NCBI GenBank assembly: GCA_903824785.1
Contig: CAIJYD010000081.1
Coordinates: 1,966 to 65,965 of the forward strand
Origin: an uncultured Bacteroidota bacterium
GTDB lineage: Bacteria > Bacteroidota > Bacteroidia > Bacteroidales > VadinHA17
Direction: 5' to 3'
DNA: 64,000 nt
The translations under genes were made by a program, and so were the position numbers. Shown here in pieces: positions 40,153 through 50,222 of the stretch. Each line of letters begins with the position of its first letter. Positions within the stretch are counted from its first letter, which is position 1. The notes under the pieces are model-generated. The model worked only from the letters and a program-made list of their open reading frames with translations. It was not told where the DNA came from and searched no databases.

Positions 40153-42306
40153 TTATTGGGTTATCAGCTCTATCTCATATAACATGCTGTCATATTTCTT
40201 CATCATCTTAACACTGAACCCGTTCTCCTCAAGCTCTTTCCCTGTCATTTTTGATATCTCTTCGCCCGACGGAGCATTCTTAACTCGGTATAATCTGTTT
40301 TTCTCCAAACCGGGTACAGAGACCATACGCTGATCATCCAGGGAGCCCTGCCGGAATACTCCTACTATTCCTCCCTCTTTTGTATCAGTATTGATTCGTG
40401 ACCATGCATCCCAGGCACCCTCTGCAGGCTCTCCGAAACTGGGCAGATCCTGCCGGTATAAATCGTAATCATATCTCTTCTGCATGGCGGTAATCCAGTT
40501 ATTCCATTGCCTTATCTCTGCTTTCCTTTCTTCAGGTATTTTCCGCAAGTCGCCCAGCATTATAGGGAAAGAGCCTATCAGGGTTTTTAGCTCCTGGATA
40601 AATTCCGGACTATCCATGCAAAGGTTGCCGATAATAAATGAGGAAGCCGGCAGTGCAGGCGATTTCCACCAGGTTAAGTTACGGATGCGGAAGGCTCCTA
40701 CAGGAAATGGTTCTGCAATATTTGTAAGCCAGTTTCCTTCCGCATGTTTGCAAAACGCGTAATCAATCAACTGTAATTTCCCTTCTGTCTCAAAGGTGCA
40801 ATCAATGTACAGATCAGGGGCTTCTGCATGTAATTCATCGAACAGCTCAAATAATCTTTCATAAATAACGATAAGTGATTCTTCCCGGTCTTTGTGATAG
40901 GGATGGTCTTTGGCGCTGCACCCCGAGTGGTTGAAATCGGTAACATACGCACTTGTTGCAACTGTGAGATCGAGCTTCACAAAGCGCAATCCCACCTCAC
41001 TTACCATATCAAGAATTTTCTTTTTAATGAAACCTGTCCATTCGGTGCCAATGCACATGGTTTTTAAATCAACATTACCAAGGGAATGAAGGTTTACTGC
41101 CTCCCCCTTTTCGTTTCTTACAAGCCATTCCGGATGATCCTTATAAACCTTTGATGTACTTGCAGCCGATCCGACACTAAACCAGACTCCCGGTTCCATT
41201 CCACCTTTTCTGATCTCATCAAAGACAGGCTTAAGCCCATCAGGAAATTTTGTTTTATCGACAAGATAGTCGCCTGTACTCTCTATCCAGGAGACATTCT
41301 TTCCCATGCTGCCCTGAGTATTATACCACCCGCAATCAATTTCGAATTGTTTAATACCGCATTCCGATGCCACCTTTGCAAGGCTGATAAGTAAAGTATC
41401 ACTGATACGGTTCGTGAATGGAATATAGTTATTATACATTACCGAGGGCCGCTTCTTTATCTCATTTATCCTCAGCCCCATGTGACGACGAACAAAATCT
41501 GCAAGAGAGGTGTTCATTATCTTCCACGGATCAGAGGAATTTGCATAGGGAATTACAAAAACCTGCGGGCTGGCCCATTTCTCATTATTCTTTATATATT
41601 TCCTGAAGGGATACTTTTCGTCAGAATGGGTAAGTCCTATTTCAGCATTATTAAATACAGTATTATAGGCTGTTCTCTTCAGAACCCCGGGTGATTCGTT
41701 ACCTAAAAGAATGCCTGCGTTCTGCGAATAGGAATGAACTGCAATAACAGGATCATCCCAATCTCCTACATAAGTGCTGAGATGTTTCTGCCTTCCGTAA
41801 TTGGTATATGAAACCGATTCAATATAGCTGAATCCAAGTTGCAGTTTCTCAATATCAAACGATTCGAGCATAACCTCTTTCCCGGAGAAGTTGGAAATAG
41901 TGATCTGTTTTCTTATTACCGGCAGATCAGGATACAACAGGTAAGTGATATCAACCTCTATCCCGGCAAATTCTTTAGTCCCCTTTAGTTTTACGGTGGC
42001 TCCTTTGCCACGGCGGGTATCACTTGCAGGGATAATTGAATTTAAACTCCATCCTGATTGTCCGTCACAGTTTTTTCCATTAACTGATAAAGAAAACTCT
42101 TTTGATTCTACTGAATTGAAGTTCAGATCACTACCTGTGATTTTGAGTCTGATGGTCTGAATAGAACCTTTCTCAATTAAGATTTCTCTCTCTATTAACC
42201 CATTGCTTAAACTCAATGTGTTGCTGGTCCATTTTGCAAAATCCTGCGCCTCAACAGCGGGTACAAAAAGTAACAGTCCTAAAAACAACAGAATATTATT
42301 CCTCAT
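40153..42306 (-). CDS. GH36 alpha-galactosidase-like
   Basis: YNNY, FEIDCGW, KFPDGL, PGVW, VKLD; C-terminal GL...Y ... TG.EL...G domain; signal peptide. Confidence 0.85.
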   Translation of the reverse strand: MRNNILLFLGLLLFVPAVEAQDFAKWTSNTLSLSNGLIEREILIEKGSIQTIRLKITGSDLNFNSVESKEFSLSVNGKNCDGQSGWSLNSIIPASDTRRGKGATVKLKGTKEFAGIEVDITYLLYPDLPVIRKQITISNFSGKEVMLESFDIEKLQLGFSYIESVSYTNYGRQKHLSTYVGDWDDPVIAVHSYSQNAGILLGNESPGVLKRTAYNTVFNNAEIGLTHSDEKYPFRKYIKNNEKWASPQVFVIPYANSSDPWKIMNTSLADFVRRHMGLRINEIKKRPSVMYNNYIPFTNRISDTLLISLAKVASECGIKQFEIDCGWYNTQGSMGKNVSWIESTGDYLVDKTKFPDGLKPVFDEIRKGGMEPGVWFSVGSAASTSKVYKDHPEWLVRNEKGEAVNLHSLGNVDLKTMCIGTEWTGFIKKKILDMVSEVGLRFVKLDLTVATSAYVTDFNHSGCSAKDHPYHKDREESLIVIYERLFELFDELHAEAPDLYIDCTFETEGKLQLIDYAFCKHAEGNWLTNIAEPFPVGAFRIRNLTWWKSPALPASSFIIGNLCMDSPEFIQELKTLIGSFPIMLGDLRKIPEERKAEIRQWNNWITAMQKRYDYDLYRQDLPSFGEPAEGAWDAWSRINTDTKEGGIVGVFRQGSLDDQRMVSVPGLEKNRLYRVKNAPSGEEISKMTGKELEENGFSVKMMKKYDSMLYEIELITQ

Positions 42307-42348
42307 TTGTCAGAATTTTAAGATAAGCTAATGATGACTTGCTAAGAT

Positions 42349-44001
42349 CTACCTGTACTCATAAACCACTAATGCCCTTGGAGAAAGACCTTTTATACTG
42401 ACACTGTTTTTAATTTGTGACAGAACTGCCTTTCCTTCCTCCGGAATAATAAGTGTTTGATGAATTTCAGAGAGGAGTGCCAGATCAATTGTAACATCAA
42501 CAGGTTCATCATTGAAATTTTCAATTATGAAACAGTTTTTACCCAAAAGATAGAGGCTGACCTTATTAGGGGCATCGAATTTTAATCCAAGCGGAGCCAG
42601 CAGTTTGTCTCTTATAGGTTTCAGTTCCTCGCGAGTCAGCTTCAAAAGTTTTTTAGGCTCACCGGCCACCTTGAGCACCGTCAGATTCTTATCTTCCAGC
42701 AGTTTCTGGTTACTGAGCAGTTTTGCCAGGCCGTCAGTAATAACCACCGGTTTACCTGAACTTAACATACTTTGAAGTTTACCTGAGAAACCCGGTTCTT
42801 TAAGTGAATGAACCGTAAAGATAGCCGATTCAGCATTCGTATTTATCTGACTGGCAGGAACAAGCGGAAGCCCCAGCATCCCCAGGATACTGAAAACATA
42901 CTGCTCTTTCAATGGTTCGCTGTTTGGCAGTTTAGGCAGATGAATACCGCCCAGAGGCTTGTCTTTTACTATTCTTGCAAGTTCAAATAACCCGGGAAGC
43001 TCCTTTCTAAGGGCAATAACATCGGCAATAGGAGTACCGGGTTTTCCACTATACATATTGGTTTCATCAAGAAGACTTCCATAATGAAAGAGCATCAGTT
43101 CCCTTGCATTTCCGAGGACAGTCTGGCGTGCCTGTTCGACATATATTTTTGGTGTTGTACCAAGAGCATCGATCCATCCTCCACCATTCTTTCCATGGCT
43201 CACATCGTTTATCCATCTGGTTATAAAATAGGCATTATACTGTACATCCCCTCCCGGACTTACATCATAATCATAATCGCGTGTTTCAGTACCTATCCAG
43301 GTATAGTCATAATCATTCGACTGGCGTACCACCTCATAGCCGCGTTCATGGAAAGAATCGTACCAGAGAGGATATTTGATAATTATCTTCACTTTTGGAT
43401 TTACCGCCTGTGCAGGCTTAATGATATTTTCCCTGCTGACTTTTACCATCAGGTCGCAGCGAAATTTTGACCAGGTCTGATCTCCTCTGGCAGCAACGCA
43501 GTCTTCGCAATCGCACTCAGTAAAGAGAAAATCGTCGATCATTATCACATCAAAAACCGACGCAGTTATTTCAAAGATCTTTCCAAGTTCATCGAGAGTG
43601 GCTTTACTGGTGTAGCAGGAAGTCATTCCCCAGCCGCCTGTTCCGGGCTTACCCACTTTGACAGTTGTAACACAGCCTGCAACTTCAAATCCCTCTTTCA
43701 GAAAACGGTCTCTGGCTTTTATCATGGCATTGCGGTCGGCATAATATCCACCGCGGAAAGATTCAATAAAAACCTTTGTGATACCTGTCTGTTTACACCA
43801 GTTAACTGCATTGTCGAGTCCGGCAGGAGTTGAGAGATATTCCTTCACATCTTCGGCAATAAACAGCGTGGACACAGTCAGGACATCTTTGTTGCTTTTC
43901 GCCGTATTCCACAGCGACTGTGAAAAGAGTGAAGTAACACTCATACAAACGATCATTATTCCAAACAGGATCGTTAACAATTTTCTACTGATCTTTCTCA
44001 T
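42349..44001 (-). CDS. Secreted hypothetical TIM-barrel protein, GH42-like (CxCxxC zinc knuckle)
   Basis: Signal peptide; IMIDDF.FTECDCEDC, IKYP.W, GTETR; C-terminal trimerisation-like region. Confidence 0.5.
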   Translation of the reverse strand: MRKISRKLLTILFGIMIVCMSVTSLFSQSLWNTAKSNKDVLTVSTLFIAEDVKEYLSTPAGLDNAVNWCKQTGITKVFIESFRGGYYADRNAMIKARDRFLKEGFEVAGCVTTVKVGKPGTGGWGMTSCYTSKATLDELGKIFEITASVFDVIMIDDFLFTECDCEDCVAARGDQTWSKFRCDLMVKVSRENIIKPAQAVNPKVKIIIKYPLWYDSFHERGYEVVRQSNDYDYTWIGTETRDYDYDVSPGGDVQYNAYFITRWINDVSHGKNGGGWIDALGTTPKIYVEQARQTVLGNARELMLFHYGSLLDETNMYSGKPGTPIADVIALRKELPGLFELARIVKDKPLGGIHLPKLPNSEPLKEQYVFSILGMLGLPLVPASQINTNAESAIFTVHSLKEPGFSGKLQSMLSSGKPVVITDGLAKLLSNQKLLEDKNLTVLKVAGEPKKLLKLTREELKPIRDKLLAPLGLKFDAPNKVSLYLLGKNCFIIENFNDEPVDVTIDLALLSEIHQTLIIPEEGKAVLSQIKNSVSIKGLSPRALVVYEYR

Positions 44002-44006
44002 ATGGC

Positions 44007-44055
44007 TAATGGTTAATGGTTAATTGTTAATGGTTAATGGTTAATGGTTAATGAT
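44007..44055. repeat. Heptamer tandem repeat (TAATGGT)x7 (two imperfect units) overlapping a stop codon
   Basis: taatggt taatggt taattgt taatggt taatggt taatggt taatgat. Confidence 0.92.
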
Positions 44056-46221
44056 TACCAAGGATTCACCGAATGGTTTTTCGGCGATAAGTTTATCATC
44101 GCAGAAGACCGAGAATGTTCTGAGACCTATCTGAATATTATAAAATTTCCCTCTGAATTTAAAATCCCTGAGAGTAGTCACACCCAGTTCTTCATGGGTA
44201 TTTGGTTTGACTATTAATTTATCTTTCTCAATACTTATTCCGAAAGTACCGAAAATTATTGCCTCCATACCTGCTCCCGCTGATATTTCGACAGGCATTG
44301 AAGAGCGATCCTGTTCAGGAGTATCGGTTCTGGGGTTTTGGGGCAAATAGGGAAAAAATTCTATGTAACCCATGTGTCTTTTAAGAATATCCCAGCCCAT
44401 TTCCGGAAATCCCTGACGGTACAGGTTGCGTGAAATGCGGCCCGGCATTCCGGCATACTGTCCTCCTCCTCCCCAGTCGGAATCAATCAGATCCCAGTGA
44501 ATACTATCGTTTCTGGCTATTGAATAGACCCCGAATTTACCAAGAAAGACACCTTCGCGGAGATGGCTTACCAATTTATTAATCTGGTTTCCTGACAGAT
44601 AATCTGTTCCAAGTGCATCAAAAAGATGGTTTGTCCAGATTGCCTCTTTCGATCCGTCTGGATACAGGTTATCGAACCATCCGGTTTCATCATTCCAGAG
44701 TTTACTATTCAAAAGGCCCTTTAGCTTTTCGGCATCTTTAAAATATTCCGGACCCCCTTTCTCCTTTAGCAGAGCTGACCATTCAGCCATCCGGTAGAGG
44801 AGATGGATTGTTAAGACATTAACAATCGGAACAACATGGTTATAGCCATCGGTGCGGATCTCAATAATTTTCTGGGTATCATAGCCAACATCAATCAGCC
44901 CTTCCTTATCGGTATAGTTTGATTTCAGCTCATTGACCCATCGTTGCATCCATTGCCAAACCGTGGCATCACCGGCCTTTTCGCTGAAGAGGCTGTAGTC
45001 GCCGGTATGCCGGAGGTAGGCTTCAATCATTATCTGCAAAGCAAAAGGTTCCTGGATATAGATGTTATCCCAGAATGCACCCTTCCAGCTGACGTATGTT
45101 TTTTTCATCTTTACCTCCCGGAAATCGGTAAGAATAGCCTCTTTAAGACTTGCCGGTTCGAGCATAGCAAGTATATCGGAAGAATATGAATTGTCCCAGC
45201 TTATAGTAAATGGCCAGTAACCGACGGCCCAGAAAGGGTTGGTAATGTAATTCGGGTTTTCGTACCTGCTCATGAGAACTGACAACAGGCAACGGTAATA
45301 GTATTCCTGGATTTTTGCATTTGAGCTCTCAAGTTTTGGAACATTTTCGTAAGCCCATTTCAGCTTATCCCTTGTTACCTGACCGGCCTGATTCATCAAC
45401 AGTTTAAGATCCTTCCTGACAACGGAGGGAGCTTTGCTGCCAGCCCTGTAAAACTGAACCGAAAAATATGATGTAACATATTCACCGGGAGACAGTGTCA
45501 GCTCAAAACCTTTTTCATTTATTGTTTCAATATCCGAAGAGACCCTGGCATGCATCTGCACGCTTCCAAAGGTAAACGGATCAATCTGACGGGCACTATC
45601 CGAACCTGTCATCCCGTCACAATTCATCTGCCTTGCAATCTGCTGCGGGATAAGGGTAAGTTTTAAAGGTTTATCCTTCCTGTTTTTCATAACTATTTTC
45701 AGAAACACTTCATCAGTGCTATAAGAAACACTGGTTGTGGTGTTTATGGAAAAGCTCAGCCATTTACCGTCAATCTCTTTATGAAATGTCCCTGACCTTA
45801 GATATGCGTTTGGCTGCCATCTTTCATCCTGGGTAACCATCATAAAGGGAGAATTTGGCCGGAAGTTCGCAGCCAGCGGATCATCTCCTTTTCCCTCCCT
45901 GATCCATTCATCCCAGATGCGCGGGACATCATCCCTAACTGTTTTTCCGGAAGTACTATCAAAAAAATTCAGATTAAAGGAATATGAAGGAGAGCTGAAC
46001 GGAAGAAACTGAACATTGGTGAAACTGGTCATGCTGTATTGGCGGGGGGAGACAAAACCCCTGTAGTTTATGAGCATAACCTGATAATCATCGAACCGCA
46101 TCTGCTGACGGTTCATTGAATAGTATTCCGGATCGGACGGCAAAAACCGGTTCTGTGCCAAACTGGTTGCCTCAAAACAGGTAAAGCAAAGCAATAATAG
46201 GAGAATTGTTTTTTTACTCAT
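44041..46221 (-). CDS. Secreted (alpha/alpha)6 six-hairpin glycosidase, GH63/MGH1- or GH78-like (ORF open to 46239)
   Basis: Signal peptide MSKKTILLLLLC; YYR.L..L, WDNSY, YL..TGD, LN.KLW..E.GWF, FLG.FG..S, WGGGG. Confidence 0.6.
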   Translation of the reverse strand: MSKKTILLLLLCFTCFEATSLAQNRFLPSDPEYYSMNRQQMRFDDYQVMLINYRGFVSPRQYSMTSFTNVQFLPFSSPSYSFNLNFFDSTSGKTVRDDVPRIWDEWIREGKGDDPLAANFRPNSPFMMVTQDERWQPNAYLRSGTFHKEIDGKWLSFSINTTTSVSYSTDEVFLKIVMKNRKDKPLKLTLIPQQIARQMNCDGMTGSDSARQIDPFTFGSVQMHARVSSDIETINEKGFELTLSPGEYVTSYFSVQFYRAGSKAPSVVRKDLKLLMNQAGQVTRDKLKWAYENVPKLESSNAKIQEYYYRCLLSVLMSRYENPNYITNPFWAVGYWPFTISWDNSYSSDILAMLEPASLKEAILTDFREVKMKKTYVSWKGAFWDNIYIQEPFALQIMIEAYLRHTGDYSLFSEKAGDATVWQWMQRWVNELKSNYTDKEGLIDVGYDTQKIIEIRTDGYNHVVPIVNVLTIHLLYRMAEWSALLKEKGGPEYFKDAEKLKGLLNSKLWNDETGWFDNLYPDGSKEAIWTNHLFDALGTDYLSGNQINKLVSHLREGVFLGKFGVYSIARNDSIHWDLIDSDWGGGGQYAGMPGRISRNLYRQGFPEMGWDILKRHMGYIEFFPYLPQNPRTDTPEQDRSSMPVEISAGAGMEAIIFGTFGISIEKDKLIVKPNTHEELGVTTLRDFKFRGKFYNIQIGLRTFSVFCDDKLIAEKPFGESLVIINH

Positions 46222-46285
46222 AACAATCATATTTAGCAATACTCAATATTCCGAAAACAGAGACAAAAGAGGTAAACACTCCTGT

Positions 46286-47584
46286 TTAATGTTTTCTTCC
46301 AGGCAGCCACACTGAACGACCGCCTGTCTCTGCAAGAAATTTCATTGCCTGCTGATGGCAGATAAGCTGTGCATCAAGAAGCATGTCGGGTGTATGAAAA
46401 GCAAGTCCTCCTTTTTCATTTTTTCCTGCAAACCCATGACTTGGTGATTCCACAACAACACTTAATGCTCCACAGTGCCAGTTAAGTGCCCCATCGAGGT
46501 TATAGGCACCTGTTGAAGCCTGCTTATAATCTCCTTCCACCTTTGGATCCGTGGTATATTGCAATCCTCTGACGGCCAGTTCTGAATGAACATATCTGAA
46601 GAGAGTGTCAAATGCAGGAAATAATGCCGGTTCACCCAACGGACGATCCATTCTCATATAAACGGCGCCAGTATGTAAATTAATTATCAGGTCAGGTTTT
46701 TCGCGTTCGGTTAGATCGAACAATGCCTGCGTTTCAGGTTGTTTCTTACCAAGGAAGTTATCATGTTGAATATTCACACCTGCATCGTTTGGATAACCTC
46801 CTGGAAAACCCGGACGGGAGAAATCCATTGGGATGAACTCCTTAATCTGAGGCCATCCGGTAATTTTCCCGCTGGTGTCACCTCCTGTATTCAGATATTC
46901 GGCTATATTGAAATCAGTATCCCTGTATAGTTCCATTCTAAGCGGGATCCGTGCCCTTCCATCCGGATTTGTTACAGGAATAAGAATCAGTCGATCGAGT
47001 TTTGCTACAACTGAGGTTATTTCCGGCCACTCCTTACCCCTTAAATCCTTTCCGGTTTCGATCACTGAGATAAGATTCACCATCCCGACAATCCCTTCAA
47101 ACTCTCCTCCGTGAACTGATGCCATGGCCATGTAAACTGTTTTATCATGATCAGGACCCCGGTATGCCCGAACATCTCCAAATCCTTGCGACCCTGAGAA
47201 TGTTGTTGTTCCCTTACCCTGACGTGGTTTTCCATACAGCACTGCATTGATGGGCCTGCCACCGGCCGATTTTCCAATTTCCTCAATCGTTCCTTTCCTG
47301 ACAGTTTTCTTAAGAAAATCTGTAACATCGTCCAGCGTTGTAAGCCAGAAGAGGGGAATGGAATCCGGTTCGCGAAGATAGTCAGGCGGGATCTGAAATG
47401 TATAACTAACTGGTTTGGCTGTTTCAGGAGGTTGTCCGTTTCGGCAGCCCGGCAATGAAATAAATCCGGAAAGAAGGATGATAAGAACTAATCTGAAACC
47501 TGATTTTCTGCGGTAAAGATCCTGCCCGGAAAGGCAATAGTTCTTATGGTTTATCATTGTAGCTGATGCTCTGTTTTTTCTCAT
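46286..47584 (-). CDS. M14 zinc carboxypeptidase/deacylase-family protein, probable lipoprotein
   Basis: IGKSAGGRPI, HGGE, IP..NPDG, QPETQA, INLHT, VES; LPGC lipobox. Confidence 0.8.
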   Translation of the reverse strand: MRKNRASATMINHKNYCLSGQDLYRRKSGFRLVLIILLSGFISLPGCRNGQPPETAKPVSYTFQIPPDYLREPDSIPLFWLTTLDDVTDFLKKTVRKGTIEEIGKSAGGRPINAVLYGKPRQGKGTTTFSGSQGFGDVRAYRGPDHDKTVYMAMASVHGGEFEGIVGMVNLISVIETGKDLRGKEWPEITSVVAKLDRLILIPVTNPDGRARIPLRMELYRDTDFNIAEYLNTGGDTSGKITGWPQIKEFIPMDFSRPGFPGGYPNDAGVNIQHDNFLGKKQPETQALFDLTEREKPDLIINLHTGAVYMRMDRPLGEPALFPAFDTLFRYVHSELAVRGLQYTTDPKVEGDYKQASTGAYNLDGALNWHCGALSVVVESPSHGFAGKNEKGGLAFHTPDMLLDAQLICHQQAMKFLAETGGRSVWLPGRKH

Positions 47585-47594
47585 AGCTGTAGTA

Positions 47595-50216
47595 TTAATT
47601 TGTTTTCTTTTTAAGTATGATTATATATCCTTTTTTTCCAGGGACAGAAATATTTTCAAGTGAAACTGACTTGTGTCCTGACTGAAAATCCTTTATCTCA
47701 GGAATAAATATGTCGGTCAGGGAGTTATCAAGTCCAAGTTCAGCCCACCTTACCGAGAGCGAAACAATCTGCTCCTTGTCGGTCCAGTTGGCAAGTGAAA
47801 TTATATCTTCACCGTCACCTTTGAAAATGGAGGCTTTTATCTGAGGGTTGCTGCATTTAACCGGAGAGTCATTCTCCCAGTAACCAATCAGAAATTTGTC
47901 AGCTATCTTGTATTCATCCCAGAATTTCCATATTTCAATGGGAGTATTACCTGTCCATCCGGCACGGTTTGTAATGCCGTACACCATACCGCGCCAGGGG
48001 TTTCCTCCCCCCTCGAGCATCTGACCGGGAACACCGAACGGAATGCCGGAAACCTCTACCAGCCAGTGATCTGGTGCACGGTTATAATCTCTTCCTTCGC
48101 CGATCCACACAAGGTCAAGATAGGGCAAGAGATCCATGTAGAGATTAAGGCAGTTTGTAAAGCCGGCCCATTTATTAAAGTGGTTCCAGCTGTGAAGATC
48201 CATTCTTCCTTCGGGACGGTAACGGTCAATTATTTTCCTTGCTCTCTGCAATGTAAACCGATCGAGTGCAGAATCGTCAATATAGACACCATCAATGCCG
48301 ATATTCTGAACCATCCAGTCTAATCCGGCCACATAGAAATTATTCAGACGGCTGTCGGGAGTAGTAATAACAGAGAGGTCTGTTTCCCCTTTAAACTTTC
48401 CCTCTTTTATCAGGTTATACCAGGCCGGGATATATTTCTCTCTGAGATTTTTAACCAGCCATTCATTTGGTCCGTCAGGGTTAATTACCGTGCGGCTCTC
48501 ATTTCCCGGACCCGGATAAATTACCTCTCCGTTAAGGCTGTTAAACGCCCGGAACTCAGGAAGATTTTTCGTAAACTCGCGAGTTGTGTAGTAGAATTTC
48601 ATGCGTAAATTCTCCTTATGTGCATCGGCAACAAGTTTCTTCAGTTCCGGAACATTTGCATCGAGGTATGGATAATTGATAAATGGATAAATATCTTCAG
48701 CGTGGTGTATATTGATGATATTGGCTCCGGCTTTTTTTGCATTTTCTATCTTTATGGAAGTATTGGTTCCTCCACCATGAAAATAGCGCTCCCCGAACTT
48801 ATTCTTTCTGTCAGTCAGCCTGAAAGGAGTTATAAGAAGCTCAAAGTTAAAGTTGAGTCTGTCGCCGCTTTTCATTTCGCGGTTTCCGGAAAAGGCATTT
48901 ATTACAACATCCCTGTTTTTCTTACCTGTGGTTATGCCGCCTTTACCCTCATTGCCCCATGAAGGAGGAAGTTTCAGAGGGCCATATTCATAATAGACAT
49001 TGATAAGTGGCCGGACATAATTTTCTGCTTTCCATTTCACCCTTATGCCACCGTTTACTGCACCAACCCAAAGCATATCCTGATTTTTGGCAAGATCCCA
49101 TTTCCACTTCCATTCAGGAGAACGAAAGCCACCCTCATGACCCAGCCCCATCATATATATCGCTTTTTCCTCAGCAACGGGTATTTCCAGCCTGATATCT
49201 TTTATCTTTAGCTGACCCTTTGAAACAAGCTGAAGGCTATAGTCAACAAAACCATCAAATTCCATCCGTCCTTTACATTCCAGGTCGAACTCATCCGAGC
49301 TGTTCAATACTTTCCAGACGACCTTTGCAGGGGTCTGTTCGCTGAAGACAAGTTTGCCCGGTGCCAACCGGACCGTCTCCCCGTTTTCCTTTTCTATAAT
49401 AAACCTGAATGGCTGATTGACAATCGATTCCCCCTTCTCATTCAGGGACTGGTTTGAAGCGTCGAAATAACTTGTAACTGATGAAGGAAGACCATTTTCT
49501 GCTATCGTCAGAGTGCGGCCAAAGATTGTTATGAGGTTTCCTTCCACTTTTACGGGGGAGTAACCTTTTGTAACCTCATCATCGATTCCCACTGTCGAAT
49601 TAAGCCAGTTAAGGCGCGACATGTGTGAACCTTCATTGTATCCATGGTTTACCACCGCATCTCCTGATAATCTTAACAATAAAGGAACTACCCGCTTTTC
49701 TCCGGAGGCAATAACCGATACTGAACCTTTATAATTACCTGCCGCGATACTATCCAGAGATATTCCCATCCAGAGAGACTGAACCCTACCGGCCGTAATA
49801 TCTATTTTCTTTGAAAAGGAGTTGCCCCTGAAATCTGTTCCTCCTTTGTTGAAGCAGGTCATCACGGAAGCAGGAATAATCTTATCGTCCGGCCCTTTCA
49901 GGTCAGAGAATTCAATCTGAACATCTTCAGCATTACGATTCAATGCCCATAATCCAAGCTGAAAAACAAAAAACTCACCCGGAGGTGCAGTCATTACAAA
50001 ATTTGCAGGATGAAGAGCCTCTCTTATTTTATTCTCAGGAATTGAATCGAACCAGAGGATGGGGTTTTCCCGTAACTCAGGAAAAACCAGAAAAGGCTGA
50101 TCTTTAAGTATCAGCTCATATTTTATCAAAGCATCCGCAGTGGAAATATTCTTCACCGGCGCAGGAGAGCAACCAATAAGTAGAACAAAGGCTAAAATAA
50201 ATAAGCTGGGTTTCAT
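47595..50216 (-). CDS. DUF6067 (GH123-like) putative glycoside hydrolase lipoprotein
   Basis: Lipobox LIGC; GEFFVFQLG, VQSLW, RLNWLNS, NIHHA..INYP, DGVYIDD, VSGIPFG..G.ML.GGGNPWRGMVYG. Confidence 0.8.
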   Translation of the reverse strand: MKPSLFILAFVLLIGCSPAPVKNISTADALIKYELILKDQPFLVFPELRENPILWFDSIPENKIREALHPANFVMTAPPGEFFVFQLGLWALNRNAEDVQIEFSDLKGPDDKIIPASVMTCFNKGGTDFRGNSFSKKIDITAGRVQSLWMGISLDSIAAGNYKGSVSVIASGEKRVVPLLLRLSGDAVVNHGYNEGSHMSRLNWLNSTVGIDDEVTKGYSPVKVEGNLITIFGRTLTIAENGLPSSVTSYFDASNQSLNEKGESIVNQPFRFIIEKENGETVRLAPGKLVFSEQTPAKVVWKVLNSSDEFDLECKGRMEFDGFVDYSLQLVSKGQLKIKDIRLEIPVAEEKAIYMMGLGHEGGFRSPEWKWKWDLAKNQDMLWVGAVNGGIRVKWKAENYVRPLINVYYEYGPLKLPPSWGNEGKGGITTGKKNRDVVINAFSGNREMKSGDRLNFNFELLITPFRLTDRKNKFGERYFHGGGTNTSIKIENAKKAGANIINIHHAEDIYPFINYPYLDANVPELKKLVADAHKENLRMKFYYTTREFTKNLPEFRAFNSLNGEVIYPGPGNESRTVINPDGPNEWLVKNLREKYIPAWYNLIKEGKFKGETDLSVITTPDSRLNNFYVAGLDWMVQNIGIDGVYIDDSALDRFTLQRARKIIDRYRPEGRMDLHSWNHFNKWAGFTNCLNLYMDLLPYLDLVWIGEGRDYNRAPDHWLVEVSGIPFGVPGQMLEGGGNPWRGMVYGITNRAGWTGNTPIEIWKFWDEYKIADKFLIGYWENDSPVKCSNPQIKASIFKGDGEDIISLANWTDKEQIVSLSVRWAELGLDNSLTDIFIPEIKDFQSGHKSVSLENISVPGKKGYIIILKKKTN

Positions 50217-50222
50217 AGTTAA

